Shown here: positions 22,871 through 33,890 of the stretch, in pieces
How the letters are laid out: each line of letters opens with the position of its first letter
Position numbering within the stretch: position 1 is the stretch's first letter
Source: Carpediemonas membranifera BICM
Lineage: Eukaryota > Protista > Fornicata
Direction of reading: 5' to 3'
Assembly (NCBI GenBank): GCA_019828565.1
Contig: JAHDYR010000067.1
Span: 841,864 to 905,863, forward strand
Length of the DNA stretch: 64,000 nt
Notes under the pieces: generated by a model
Database searches by the model: none
Seen by the model: only the letters and a program-made list of their open reading frames with translations
What the model was told of the DNA's origin: nothing
Program-made: the position numbers and the translations under genes

Positions 22871-23940
22871 CTGCCCCCCTAAGCTTCAGCTTATTCTTCT
22901 TGAGATAGTCGCGGGCAACGGCGACGTGGCGCAGGTTGGAGGCGGGCTCCCAGGTGTGTTCGTCGTAACCGACCCACTGAGTTAGCAACTCGAGCTGGCC
23001 GTTCTTGCGACGGTGCTTCTTGATGGCGGCGACCTCGTAGGAACGGTCGTCAGAGGCAGCCAGGGCCTTGAGGCGTTGCAGGCTGCTACGTGTCTTAAAG
23101 CGGATGAGTTGGTCGCGATGGGCTACGAAAGGGTCACCCTCAAAGAGGTCCACTAAGCGGACGGCGTGGTTGTCCAGGACTGCTAGGATCTTAAAGGGGC
23201 CCTTGAACCCGTGAAGCTTCGGTGTCTTGGTGCGGTTCAGCAGGGCAAGGTCGCCCTCGTGGAACGGTGTGTCTTCACGGTCGGCGTTGCGCTTATTAAG
23301 GCGCCTTTCGACGGTTGACTTCTGTCTCTCGGCCGCCCTAGAGGTAAGCTTATCAAGGTGGCCTCGAAGTTGTTTGATGTAGACGGCAGCCGTTGAAATG
23401 GGTGTGTCCGGTGAGGTGGCTGTGGCGTTGAGGATCTTCGCGACGGTGGAGCTTGGATCCATGTGGTCGCCGTACAGCATTGCATGCGGGGTGACCCCAG
23501 TCGCGGAACAGATGGTGGTGTTCAGAAAGAGCTGCACGACCGGCAGGAGATTGCTCCAGTTGTCAAACTTGTCAAACTGCAGCGCCAAGCATCGCACCAG
23601 CTTCATCACCTCCGCATTGCGGCACTCTACTAGTCCGTTGGACTGTGGGTGATAGGGTAGTGTGTATTGTTGAGTAATCTCGGTGTTGTCCAGAAGTGCC
23701 TGAATGATTTTCCCTGTGAATTCTGGGCTATTGTCAGATTTGATGAATAGTGGGGTGCCGTGGCGTGAGATCACTTGTGTCCAAATGGCGTCAGCGGCGG
23801 CATCGGCAGTGTTCTCCGGCGTGGCGGCGAGCTCAGTGTAACGTGAGAACATGTCTACCATGACGGTGATGTAGCGTGCACCGTGGGCGTCGGCCGGGAT
23901 GGGGCCGATCGTGTCGACCGCAACTGTGTGGAAGGGCTTG
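22818..23940 (-). mobile_element. Ty3/gypsy chromovirus A, 3' fragment (integrase core and chromodomain)
   Basis: PFHTVAVDTIGP, KSDNSPEF, GLVECRN and YEVAAIKKHR..TQWVGYDEHTWEP. Truncated at about 23940. Confidence 0.85.
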
Positions 23941-23961
23941 TAGATAGACAGCGACGTAGAA

Positions 23962-25107
23962 ATGACGAGGCCGGACAGTATCTGTGGTAGCCAAGCCCCG
24001 GCAACCCCAGCGTCTCAGAGGATGAACAGAGTCAGTGCCAACAAGAGAACCACAAGAACCCCCAAGCGGCAGGTGCTGGGGGGCGAGGCATCAGGCAAGC
24101 GCACTCAGCTTCCTATAGACAGTGTGAACAGAGACAAGGAGGTGCCGCCGAGGATTAGCCTGGAAGACATCGTCCAAGAGCATATCAGAGATCAGCAGGA
24201 GGCCAGAAGGATGGCAGGCGAAGGGAGAAGCCAGCACGAGACCAGCAGCCTGCCCTTATCAGAGACCCAGCCGAACCAGAGACTTGTCCTAGCAGCCATT
24301 GACTTTGAGTGCAGCTACACGGGCAGCTCAAGACAAGGCACATCAGCGATCCCGGTCGAAGGAGGCATTGTCATGATAGATGTGGATAGCAGTGAAGTGG
24401 TCGGCCACGGCCACGGTATGTTCTACCAGGACATGCCGCTCAACAGAGTCGAGCAGTCAAGGCACACATCATGGGCTGTCACAGGCCTACCACCAGCGAC
24501 CTTCGTGGACATAGCGACAGGAAGACCCCCCAGAGACCTAGAGCAGCACGTCCACACCTTCCAGGCGTGGGGCGACCGTCTAGCGACGGAGCTCAAAGCG
24601 TATGAGAGAAGAGAAGGCTGCAGAGTCCACCTGTTCGCCAAGGGAAAGCACATGGAGATGTTCCTCCTCACAGACGCAGCGAACGGCTTAGCCGCAGAGA
24701 GCAGAGACTACTTCGCACAGAGACTAGTGGACGAAAACGAGCTGCCAACGCTGCTGGTCAGGGCTAGACCCGACCTCGAACAGAGATTCAGAGTCAATTA
24801 CAACAACGCGCAGAGCATGGAGTGGCTAGACCTGTGGACCAGCCGGTGGCAGTCACGGGAAGCACCCAAGAGAGTATGCCCCTACCACAGCCACACGGCG
24901 GGGTGCTATCACTGCGCACTGGCGGACAGCACACTGTTCGCAATCAGAGTTCTAGCACTATTCAGAGGCACCAACGGCATCGGTGAGTTAGAGGACGCCC
25001 TCAGACTGCTGCAGCCAGCCATTGAGGAAGAGGTCAGAGCAGCCAGAGAAAGCAGTGACATCAAGAAAGAAAGAAAGAAATTTAACGTATCCTGTACACC
25101 TGTGTAA
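23962..25107 (+). CDS. MAEL: Maelstrom-domain (DEDDh/ECHC) nuclease protein
   Basis: IDFE, PVEGG, TGLPP, LFAKG, VCPYH and YHCALAD give the MAEL E-C-H-C zinc motif plus the D-E...H-D residues retained in protist MAELs. Purine/AGA-rich coding like the neighbouring LINEs. Confidence 0.75.
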   Translation: MTRPDSICGSQAPATPASQRMNRVSANKRTTRTPKRQVLGGEASGKRTQLPIDSVNRDKEVPPRISLEDIVQEHIRDQQEARRMAGEGRSQHETSSLPLSETQPNQRLVLAAIDFECSYTGSSRQGTSAIPVEGGIVMIDVDSSEVVGHGHGMFYQDMPLNRVEQSRHTSWAVTGLPPATFVDIATGRPPRDLEQHVHTFQAWGDRLATELKAYERREGCRVHLFAKGKHMEMFLLTDAANGLAAESRDYFAQRLVDENELPTLLVRARPDLEQRFRVNYNNAQSMEWLDLWTSRWQSREAPKRVCPYHSHTAGCYHCALADSTLFAIRVLALFRGTNGIGELEDALRLLQPAIEEEVRAARESSDIKKERKKFNVSCTPV

Positions 25108-26084
25108 ATCAGGGAATTACCAGTTTGCACCACCCCATGTCCCCGGGAACGCCTTAGCGTGTTGACTTCCCTTCGTGAGCGAGCCTGATACTACGTTGGG
25201 GGCGTTAGCACCATCACCGTCAGGGTCCAGCTGGTAAGGCTGGGTAGTCCCTTGCATGTTGACCTATCAACTGGCTGGCCCGATACCCCCAAAGTCGGGA
25301 TAACCCAGGTCTTACTCTTGGGGGTCCTTCGGGCCCCCGTTCTGCCTGGCACCCGCAAGGCCTTGCCCTGCACACCCGCCACCGGGGCCTTCTGCTCGGT
25401 TTCCCCCTACAGGGCTCCTCTCAGGGATATGTTCTCCATACCATTCGACCCAGTTTGCAATTTTTCAGGCACCCGCCGAAGCGGTTTCGGGCTTGGCGTT
25501 TGCCGTATCACGCAATTGGGCCAGTTATGAAACCCACCGATCATCGCTGGGTAGCTATATGATTCACGGCTGCGTTCGGGCTCTTCCACACTTTCCGTTC
25601 CGGCATGGATCCCCTCCTCAAGGATTTGTTCCCTATTGGGCTTCTTCCTAGCTTCCGGCTGGTTCCAAGTTTTGGGTGCCGGGCCGTTCGGCGCAGCTCT
25701 GATTTGGTCCAGGTGCCGCCCAGGTGGTATTGTTGCCTTATGGTTACCCTCCTGTTTGGCTGCTGCGCCCCGATACCTCGCACGTACGTGTATACATGTG
25801 CATACGTGCCCCGCCCTATGGCTCTGGGTTATTTCTTATACGTGTGAAGAGTGTGCCGGTTCTGCCGGCTGAATGTTGTCTACGTTCCCAGTATGGGTGA
25901 GCGTTTGTGTGTTAGCGAGATTAGTGTTCGGGGTTGAGTCCCCCTTCCGCGGCTGGGTGCTACCGGGATACGTGGGGCTTGCGTCCCCCGCTGATCCCAG
26001 GAGCGCTCCGCTTCGGTTGAGGCGGGGGGTTGGGTCCCAGTTTGACCCTGGTCCCAGAGGTCATAGGATTCTGGGATGGTGTAC

Positions 26085-29000
26085 TTACCCGTCTTTCCGG
26101 AGGTTCAGAAGGGCACGTCTGCCGTTCTGCAGTCCCTCTCTGACGGTATGGTCCTCGCTGCGGAGGAGCCAGAGCATTTCCAGGATTGCCCTTGAGTTGT
26201 ACCACTCCGCCTCCTGCCCTTGCCTTAGGGCGTGGTACTGTGTGCGTAGATGCGCCTCCGCCAGGATGTCATTCCATCCTTCTGGGCGTTCTACCGCCTT
26301 GCATTGGCAGATGATGTGGCTTTGTGTTCCCAGGGGCTGGTTGTATGCCCATTCTGAGAGGATTTTGGTGGTTTCCGCCGCGGTTCTGGTGACAGTGTAC
26401 AGGCGAGTAATGGTGTCACCTTCTGAGTCCAGGGTACATAGGGGGCAACACCGCTTGATCCTGCTCAGGAGGGCCTGGGGCTGGCCGATCGCGCTCCCAA
26501 GTATGGCTCTGCTTCTGCCACTGTTGCTGGGGGAGGGGAGTGTGTTGGATGCAGTCATGATTACTCTCTTGACTTCCCGTCTGGTTATCATCTCACCCTT
26601 GATCATTCCTGGTTTCTTGGGTCTCTTCCCTTGCTGCATGCTGAGGATGACTTCCGGGGCTAGTACTGTTGCCACCCCTTTGGCCGTTCGGCTCCCGGTG
26701 TGCAGTAGTTCTTCTGCTGTGAGGGTCCAGCCTCCCCTCTTTGCTCTTTCCCTGGCGGACATCTCCTCCTGTGTGCCCTGGAGGACGCTCCGTCGCCATT
26801 GGTAGAGGCGATGTAAGACCGATCCTCTCTCCGCTGTCGCCCAGTCCAGATTCCCTAGGGGGGTCGGACGGTCCGGGTCGTGCGCAGACTCATAGAGCCT
26901 CACCGCTCTCTGCCCCATATCTGCCTCCCAGCACATCCATCCCATTAGTACACGGGCGGCTCCTCCTCCCCCTGGTCCTGTGCCTGCCATTAGGCCGCGC
27001 CAGTTGTTCCAGATGGCTCTTCCCCTGGCGCTTGGCCCCAGATCTCGATCCCGAACTCGATCTTGGGCCAGAGGAAGGTTCTGAGGATGGATTCCGAGGT
27101 GGCGGCCGGGGTGGATCCTTTGGTCCACCCTGCTCTCCTGCCAGGGCTAGGTATTTCCGGGATTGTGACGTCTTCATTTTGATGCATGCTGCCAACGGAT
27201 TCTTCCCGCTGGCTAGCCAGAGTCCCAGATACCTTGCTGAGTCTGACGCCAGTGTGGGAGTTCCTTGGATGCTGACCGCTGCAGTTACGTCGGTACTTAT
27301 CACCACACTTTTGCCTGGGCTGGTCTGGAGTCCATGGGCTTCAATTACCCTGACCACTGCGTCTGTGCCTTCTTCGGCGAGCTGCGGGGTCTCGGCTGAG
27401 ATGCTTGTATCATCTACAAACATTGCAATGAGGCAGTTTTTGGGCCTATCGTCCGTTGGAGGGAGGCAGGGGTCCGGGATCTCTCTATGCCGGAGGTACA
27501 GTGCCGCCTGGCTTAGCCAGTTAGCTGTGAAGAGGATGAACAGAGTGGGGGCCACCACACATCCTTGCTTGACCCCCCATGTTTGTTCTGGACCATGTGC
27601 TTGCCCCTCGTACCGAGATGTACGTTTCTGTAAGTGTATTTCGGATGGCCCTCGTCAGTCTTGGGTGTACCCCCCATGAGCGTCAACTTGTTCACCAGCA
27701 GGTCCCTTGGGACCGTATCATATGCTTTTGCTATGTCAAGTAGGACGCTGGTACGGTTTCCGGACTGGTGGAGTTGGGCTAGGAGGGCTATGTGATCCAC
27801 TACAGTTTTCCCTTTCATGAACCCAACTTGCTCTCTGGGGATGAACTTCTCCACCGTCGGCCTGAGGCGCCATTTCAGTATCCTCCCGTAGGCTCTGTAT
27901 AGGAGGGGGGGTGAGGGAGATCGGTCTGTACGAGCTGGGCGTGAGCTTGTCCTTCCCAACCTTGTGGATAGGCGACACCGCTGCATACTTCCATGTGGTT
28001 GGCATGGTCCCGCTGTCGTATACTTTCGCGAGCAGGACTGTGATTGCCTCGTACGCTGACTCGGGGAGGTCCCTCAGACAATCTCCAATAATCCCGTCCA
28101 GGGCCTCCGGCCGAGGACTTCCTTATGGACTTGACCGCCGCTGTCACTTCTTCAAGCGATGGCGGATGGTCCTCCATGTCCGTTTCCGGCTCGGTTTCCC
28201 AGGTGGGTTCCCAGGTGGGTTCCTTCCCGGAGCTTACCTTCGCGTACTGCTCCTGGAGGGAGTCTGCAATCTCCCTCTGCCTTGCTAGAATCTTGTTTCC
28301 AGCCTTCAGCATCACCGGGAGACCGGCGTGCTGCTTCTCGTTCCAGAAGCGGAACACTTGGTTTGCGAGGATCCTTTTTGTCGTTTTGTACCCATCACGG
28401 GATCCAACCTCAACCTGCTCATTCCAGTCATGTTGGAAGGTCCTCCATGATCTGCTCAGTGCTCCGTTGAGGGACTTTTTGATATCTTTGGCGGCGGTTT
28501 TGCTCCAGGTGGAGGCTTTGGCCAGCCGTTCCCATACCTCACTCGGGATACGTTCCTGGTTTTCTACAGCGAATGGGTGCCTTCTGGAGGTAGCAAACCC
28601 GGTGGACAACCATTTCCTTATGAGAGTCTCCATCTCGTCCACTGGTATTTTGCTGTCTAGTGGTGGCCACTCTTCTAGCTTGGGCCCTGTTCTCCTGGGT
28701 TTGACCAGCCACGTATCGATCCGTGGGATTTCCAGTCTCTTTGATATCTCTGGTTTCCCTGTCGGGTTGCTATCCCAGGTGAGCTCTATGGCTTTGTGTG
28801 CCGACCCCCAGTGCCCGATTGTGGTCTTGTCTATTACCCTAACAACCGGGTTTTGGATACCCCCTGTTACCGCTGCATAGTCTATTGTGGACGTTCGGGA
28901 GTTAGTCCCGTACGTCGGTGCAGTTGGTGCTATTGGGGTGAGGTTCCATCGCTGGAGGGTCATCGCAGTTGCTTGCCTGAGTTTCCCTGGCCTCCTGTTC

Positions 29001-29458
29001 CAGTCCCCGATGATGATGATGTCACACCCCTCATAGTTCGCGACGGTTTGCTCTAGCATCCGGTCGAACTCCTCAATCTCGGGTCGTGCACATCCACTAT
29101 CGGGAGCGTAGATATTGATGACTGCCGTGGCCCTCGATGCTTTGAGGATGCTTACTTGGATTCGTGGGTTCGTCCCGTCGGACACGCCTACGTCCCATTC
29201 CGCTTTGGAGTGCGGGCTAATCAGTGTGGCCAGTCCCTTTGTGGGTCGCTTGCGCGTTGCCTCTAATGGCTTGACCTCTCCTGCACAGGCGTACTGGAGA
29301 TCTACCCAGCAAGGGATGGTGGTATTACCGTACCGCTTGGTTTCCTGGAGGAGGATCGCATCAGTCCTTATCCTCTTGCGGATGGATAAAGCTATGGATC
29401 CGCTGTAATCGTTTGCGCCCGCTAGGTGCCCTTCGCTGTTTAGCGATACTATTCTCAT
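26085..29458 (-). pseudogene. LINE ORF2 (AP endonuclease, reverse transcriptase, C-terminal CCHC), several frameshifts
   Basis: SLNSEG, LLQET, INIYAP, IIGDWN, TIDY, SAH (APE); SYRPISL, EQVGF, LDIAKAYDTV, LAPTLF, MFVDD, RYLGL (RT); CPLC..SHIICQC. Confidence 0.9.
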
Positions 29459-29639
29459 TCAGGTTGTTCTGACATAAACTGCGGGAGTTACCCTGCGCGC
29501 ACTAATCTGCTCTTTGTAGACATTCCCTTTTTGGGCGTACCTTTTGGTGGGTTGCTGAGGCCTCTAACCGAGCAGTCGTTTCCTTTTTGGGCAGGCTTGT
29601 GCCTGTATTCCCTTAGTTCCCGGCCTAGGGCATACCATT

Positions 29640-29875
29640 CCCTTTCACAGTCGGGGCCTCACGATGCTTGTCGGCATTGCTGCCGGTCTCCGCTTAGCTT
29701 CCTTCCTCGCCGCATGGCAGAACCATTACCTAACGAGCTTAGGTGGGAGCGACAGTGGTTGTTGCCCCTCCCAAGGCTGGAGTTACAGCCTGCCGGACAG
29801 GCAGGGCTCTTTTTACCTTTTGGTAACCCTGCCCCCCGGCCCCTGTGGGGCACAGGGGTTTGTTGAAAAAAAGAA
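29640..29875 (-). promoter_or_regulatory. Structured inter-ORF RNA element of LINE A
   Basis: U-rich tract, then hairpins cccctgtg/cacagggg, ggcagggt/gccctgcc, aggctg/cagcct, tgggag..ccactg..ctccca, then cctaag. The same order occurs at 37626-37830. Confidence 0.55.
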
Positions 29876-30034
29876 TGTGTTGCATTTTTGCTCCCGCCGG
29901 AATGGTTCGCCGGTGTCCATTTGGACTTTAAGGCCCTACTAGTCACAGCCTGGCCATACATGCTGGTTCATATATATACTTTTAGCTCAGACTTATATCA
30001 CACTACCCTCTGCACCTCTTACTTATGATTGTTT

Positions 30035-33000
30035 CTACTCTCCTTCCTTCTCCTCGTCTCTCTTCCTTCTCAGGTCAGACCTGAAGTTATCCATCTTGGC
30101 TGCTAGGGTGAAGCTGAGGGCTTCGTTGGTTGCCGAGAGTCGGGCCGCGCGGCTGAGTAAGTCCTCGTTCTCTTCGGTTAGAGACGAGCACTTCTCCGTT
30201 GTCTTCCTGAGGTCCTTCCGCATCTCGTCCAACGCAGCTTGGGCTGCTCTCCGGGCTTCCCGTTCTTCCTCCAGCTCCTGGCTTTTGGCCTTGAGCTCGT
30301 TGATGGTTCTGGCTGCAGCTTCTTCCAGCTGTTGTCTGACCTCTGCTTCTCGCCGGGCCATGGCTTGGTCCAGCAGGGCCGCTATGCCTCTGCCCAGGTC
30401 GGTGTCCTCCTGTCGTGCTCTTTTTGGGCTGCAGGTCCTCTTGGTCCACCTGTCTGACCTGGCGGGTCTTGGCTGATGGGTTGGGGGGTATGGGGGGCAC
30501 AGCTCTTAGTTGGAGGGGGCCCGGGCTCTGTTCGCTCTGTCCTGCTACTTTGCGGTTGTTCAGTGACAATTTGCCCGCGTGGAGGGCCATATAGGCCCCC
30601 TATGCCGCCATTCGGCAGGTAGACCTCCGTCCTCCCTGTGAAGCATCTTGGCGAGTTCAGTAGCCCTTCGTCTCACCTTTGTTCGAAGCGCCTGCTTCCT
30701 CTCGGTCCTCAGTCTGTTCTTGGCGTTAGTGCTGGCGCCTTCCGGGAAAAACACAGTTCAGCGTGTCCCATGGCTTCCCCCCTTTTGGGTGTTCCACGCC
30801 TGAGCCCGCCAGGGCGAGTTTGCCTATCCAGGAGGCGCTCCTCAAGGTGCCCACTCGCCTCTTCCCTCTTTCTGCTGGTTCATCCGTGATACCCCAGTCC
30901 CGGGGGAGGAACGAGGGGAGGAAGTTGATGGAGCCTGTCTCCGGGTCGACACACATGTTGGCCAGGAGTTCTCGATCGTCGGCTGGGACCTCCGTGAAGT
31001 AGTTGAAGATCTTCTTCCTGGCTTCTCTGCCCATGTGGCCTCCAGCTATGTCGAATTTGTGGACGGGCATCAAAGACGCCGCTTGGGATAGGGTCATCGT
31101 TTTTGGTGTCGCTGACGTCTAGAGTAAGCATCTTTTCCGCGTCTATTTCCGTGGGCTCCCCCTCAGGTTCGCCCAAGGGAAACCGTCTTGGACAGCGCGG
31201 CGGCGCCCGTTCCACTCCGAGTGGATTTCCAGGAGGATGGGTCGCGCTGGTTCGCCTACTCTCGCGAGCGATTCTGGGTTTCCGATGATCACGGCTGTTC
31301 CTTCCAGGGCTCTGGTGATACCCTTTCCGGAGCTGAAATCGTTTTCCTCCCAGTTGGTCATGATAATCTGGCCCCGTTTGGGGTTCTTGGTGCCAAAGAG
31401 GTTGACTTGTTGGGACAATGGGGTTAGGCGACCGGCCGCCACGGTGCCGGGGCCGTGTCTGGCGTTGACTTTGGTCGCCAGGTCCTTGTATTCATCATGG
31501 TACGGCGACTCCCTGCCCATGAGCATGCTTCCTAGGGCAGTGAGGTGGGCTTCTACCTGCCCCCAGTCCCAGCCTGGGTTGTCTCTCATCCAGAACGCTG
31601 TTGCTAGTCTGGCGTAGAATATGGAGACATCTGCTAGGGCGCAGTGGCAGTGGTGGGGTGCGTGCTTGTGATAGGGGCACACCACTTTTGCCTCCGGGCG
31701 CTGTTGGTACCTTCTGGTCCAGGTCCGGCCCAGTTCGGACTGGGGTCGGGAGGGGAGGCCGGTGAGGCTCTTCTCCCCACTATTGGGGGTAGAACCAGGT
31801 CAGCGTGTCGAGGATGTTGGGGAAGATCGTGTTGAGGTCAGTTTCATCCATGAGGCGTAAGCTTAGCCAGGTGCGGAGGTTCCCGTCTGGGACGAACTTC
31901 TCACTGGTCAGGATGCTTCTCTCAGCCTCGACTCCCTTAGCCACGATGTGGACGTGGGTCTTCTGTGGCCCCGAGTCGTCTTCCAGTCTCTTCAGCTCTG
32001 TAGCCATCTCGGTGCACCATCGCTTGGCGTGGGGAAGTCTGCTTCGTATCCCTTGGGGGCTTTGCCCGTGGTGTCGTCGACAAACGTAGCTGGTGGGCAG
32101 CCATGGATGTAGTGCGTGGCCCACAGACATTGGTCCAGGGCATCCACTGTGATGTCTTCCCCAAGCATCCCGTGCATGTAGTAGAGGATTTGCTCGTTAG
32201 CTGGGTCGAAAATCAGTGCCGCCCCTTCGCAAATGATGGCCTCGTCTCCCTCGGTTGGATCTGGCTCTTCCTTCCTCAAAGTCCACCATAGCGATCAACT
32301 GCCTGGTGGTGTTGGCTCGTTGGGTGATATTGGAACGAGGCGGGCTAGCTCCCATGCTGGGCCCGCATGTGCCCTTGTTTGGCGTGGTGGGTGTGTCATC
32401 AGGGCCGGAAGTCCTGCTGCCGCTCGGGCCCAGGGGGGTTTCTTCTTCGTTAGTACCCAGGGCTCCATGAGATGCCCCGTCCCGTACGGGCTCTATAACT
32501 TGGGTCTGCCCCGTTGTGAGCCAGTAGTTAGTGATGTTGCGCGTCAGAAAGGAGGCAGACACCAGTTCGCGGGCAATCCTCGCGGGTGGGGGCCAGAGAC
32601 GCCTGGTCTTATCCCATGCCGACCAGAGTTCGGGGAAGCCGGGGACTGACCACCGTTGGATGAGGTCTCTGACCTCCTCCCTCAGGTCTGCCTCTGCTGC
32701 CGAAGGCTCTTCTTCCAGGGGTGGGAGTGGGAAGACTGGCCTCATCACACCCTCGGTTCTGCTGTAGATGAGGATCTCCTCGACGGGGCCCTGGGTCCAG
32801 ATCTGGATGGGCGTGCCGTCTGGTCTGCGGGAAACCTCCCTCCGGGGGGTGAGGGGCGTGGTAGCCTTGCCCTTTGGCTAGTTCCCGGCCTAGGTCGGCC
32901 CAGAGCTTCTTGTTTTCGCGTCCTAGTGAGGGGGAGCCCTCTGGCTGCAGCTCCCGCGGAGATGGCGTGTCCGGCGGCATGGAGGAGCCACATTGCAGCC

Positions 33001-33890
33001 TCCATCCCGTACTTGGTCTGGATGCCGTTGCCTGAGATCGAAGAGTGTCCTGCAGCTTGCAGCGATGTTGCCACGAGCTCTAGGAGGAGCGTCCTTGCGA
33101 CCTTTCCCGTTCGGGCAGTGAAGTCCGTTGCGTCATCTCTGGTGAAGACCATGGCAACGTCCCTTGTGGGAATAGCCGCATCTGCTGAGGCTCTGATGCA
33201 GTCCCATTCGTCCGGTGTGGCCAGTTGCTTGCCCAGTGGCGTTAACGACTCCTTGATCCCATTTGGGGTGGTGTTTGCGCAATCCAAGGCGTCTGGGACG
33301 CTTTGGGAGCTGTTCGAGGTCATTGTGTGGCGTGGTCTCGAAAAGTCCCGGTTATGGATTCGGCCGAGATCAAGGCCCTCCTCCACGGGGAGAAGTGATG
33401 GGGTGTGTTGCTCACTAGCTGGTGCCGTCTGGCTCGTCCGGTGGGGATGTGCTACGTACTTGGAGTAGTCCGCCTGGACTCTGGGGTAGAACACAAATTT
33501 GGGGGACCCTGGGCGAAGCCGGCTTAGTGTCTCCGCCTGCTCTAGGTCCAGCCGGTTCCCTTCAATGAATAGCCAGTATGGCTGTTGGGCGGCTTTTGTG
33601 TACCGTCTCAGGAGGGGAAGTGATGCAAACAGCTTCTTGGCCCGGCTTTTCCGGAGCTCCCCTGGGCCTTCCTTTGCTGTAAAGCTTCCCTGTTCTGGGT
33701 CTACAATCTTGTCGTATCCTATCGCGTTGCCGAGCTGGATAATGGACGTATTTGCTTTTTTCCCTTCTGGTTTTCCTGAGATCCCTTCTGGGTGTAGCCT
33801 TAAGGGCGAATAAGCCATAAATCATGCTTTCTTCCCTATCTGGCATGTCCCTGTTGGGATATTCCCCTGTTTCCATTTGGAGTGGCAAAA
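30035..33890 (-). pseudogene. LINE A ORF1, frameshifted; contains a Maelstrom domain (about 31560-32300) and a C-terminal coiled coil
   Basis: Successive frames give IAMVDFE, IICEGAAL, HGCPPATFVD, HIVAKG and VCPYHKHAPHHCHCALAD, all homologous to 23962-25107. Coiled coil at 30035-30361. Confidence 0.7.

Noticed and set aside
25385-25415. SRP RNA helix-8-like motif (TAGG-GG-GAAA-CC-GAGCAG, minus strand)
   Set aside because: The stem is one pair short and no Alu domain or helix 5/6 context was found.
33020-33055. RNase H motif in LINE A ORF1 (AGHSSISGNG)
   Set aside because: The other RNase H acidic motifs and the following E-x-A-D are absent.
26085-33890. LINE frameshifts as proof of ancient decay or recoding
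   Set aside because: In-frame stops are scarce and indels cluster in runs; long-read errors in repeats cannot be excluded.
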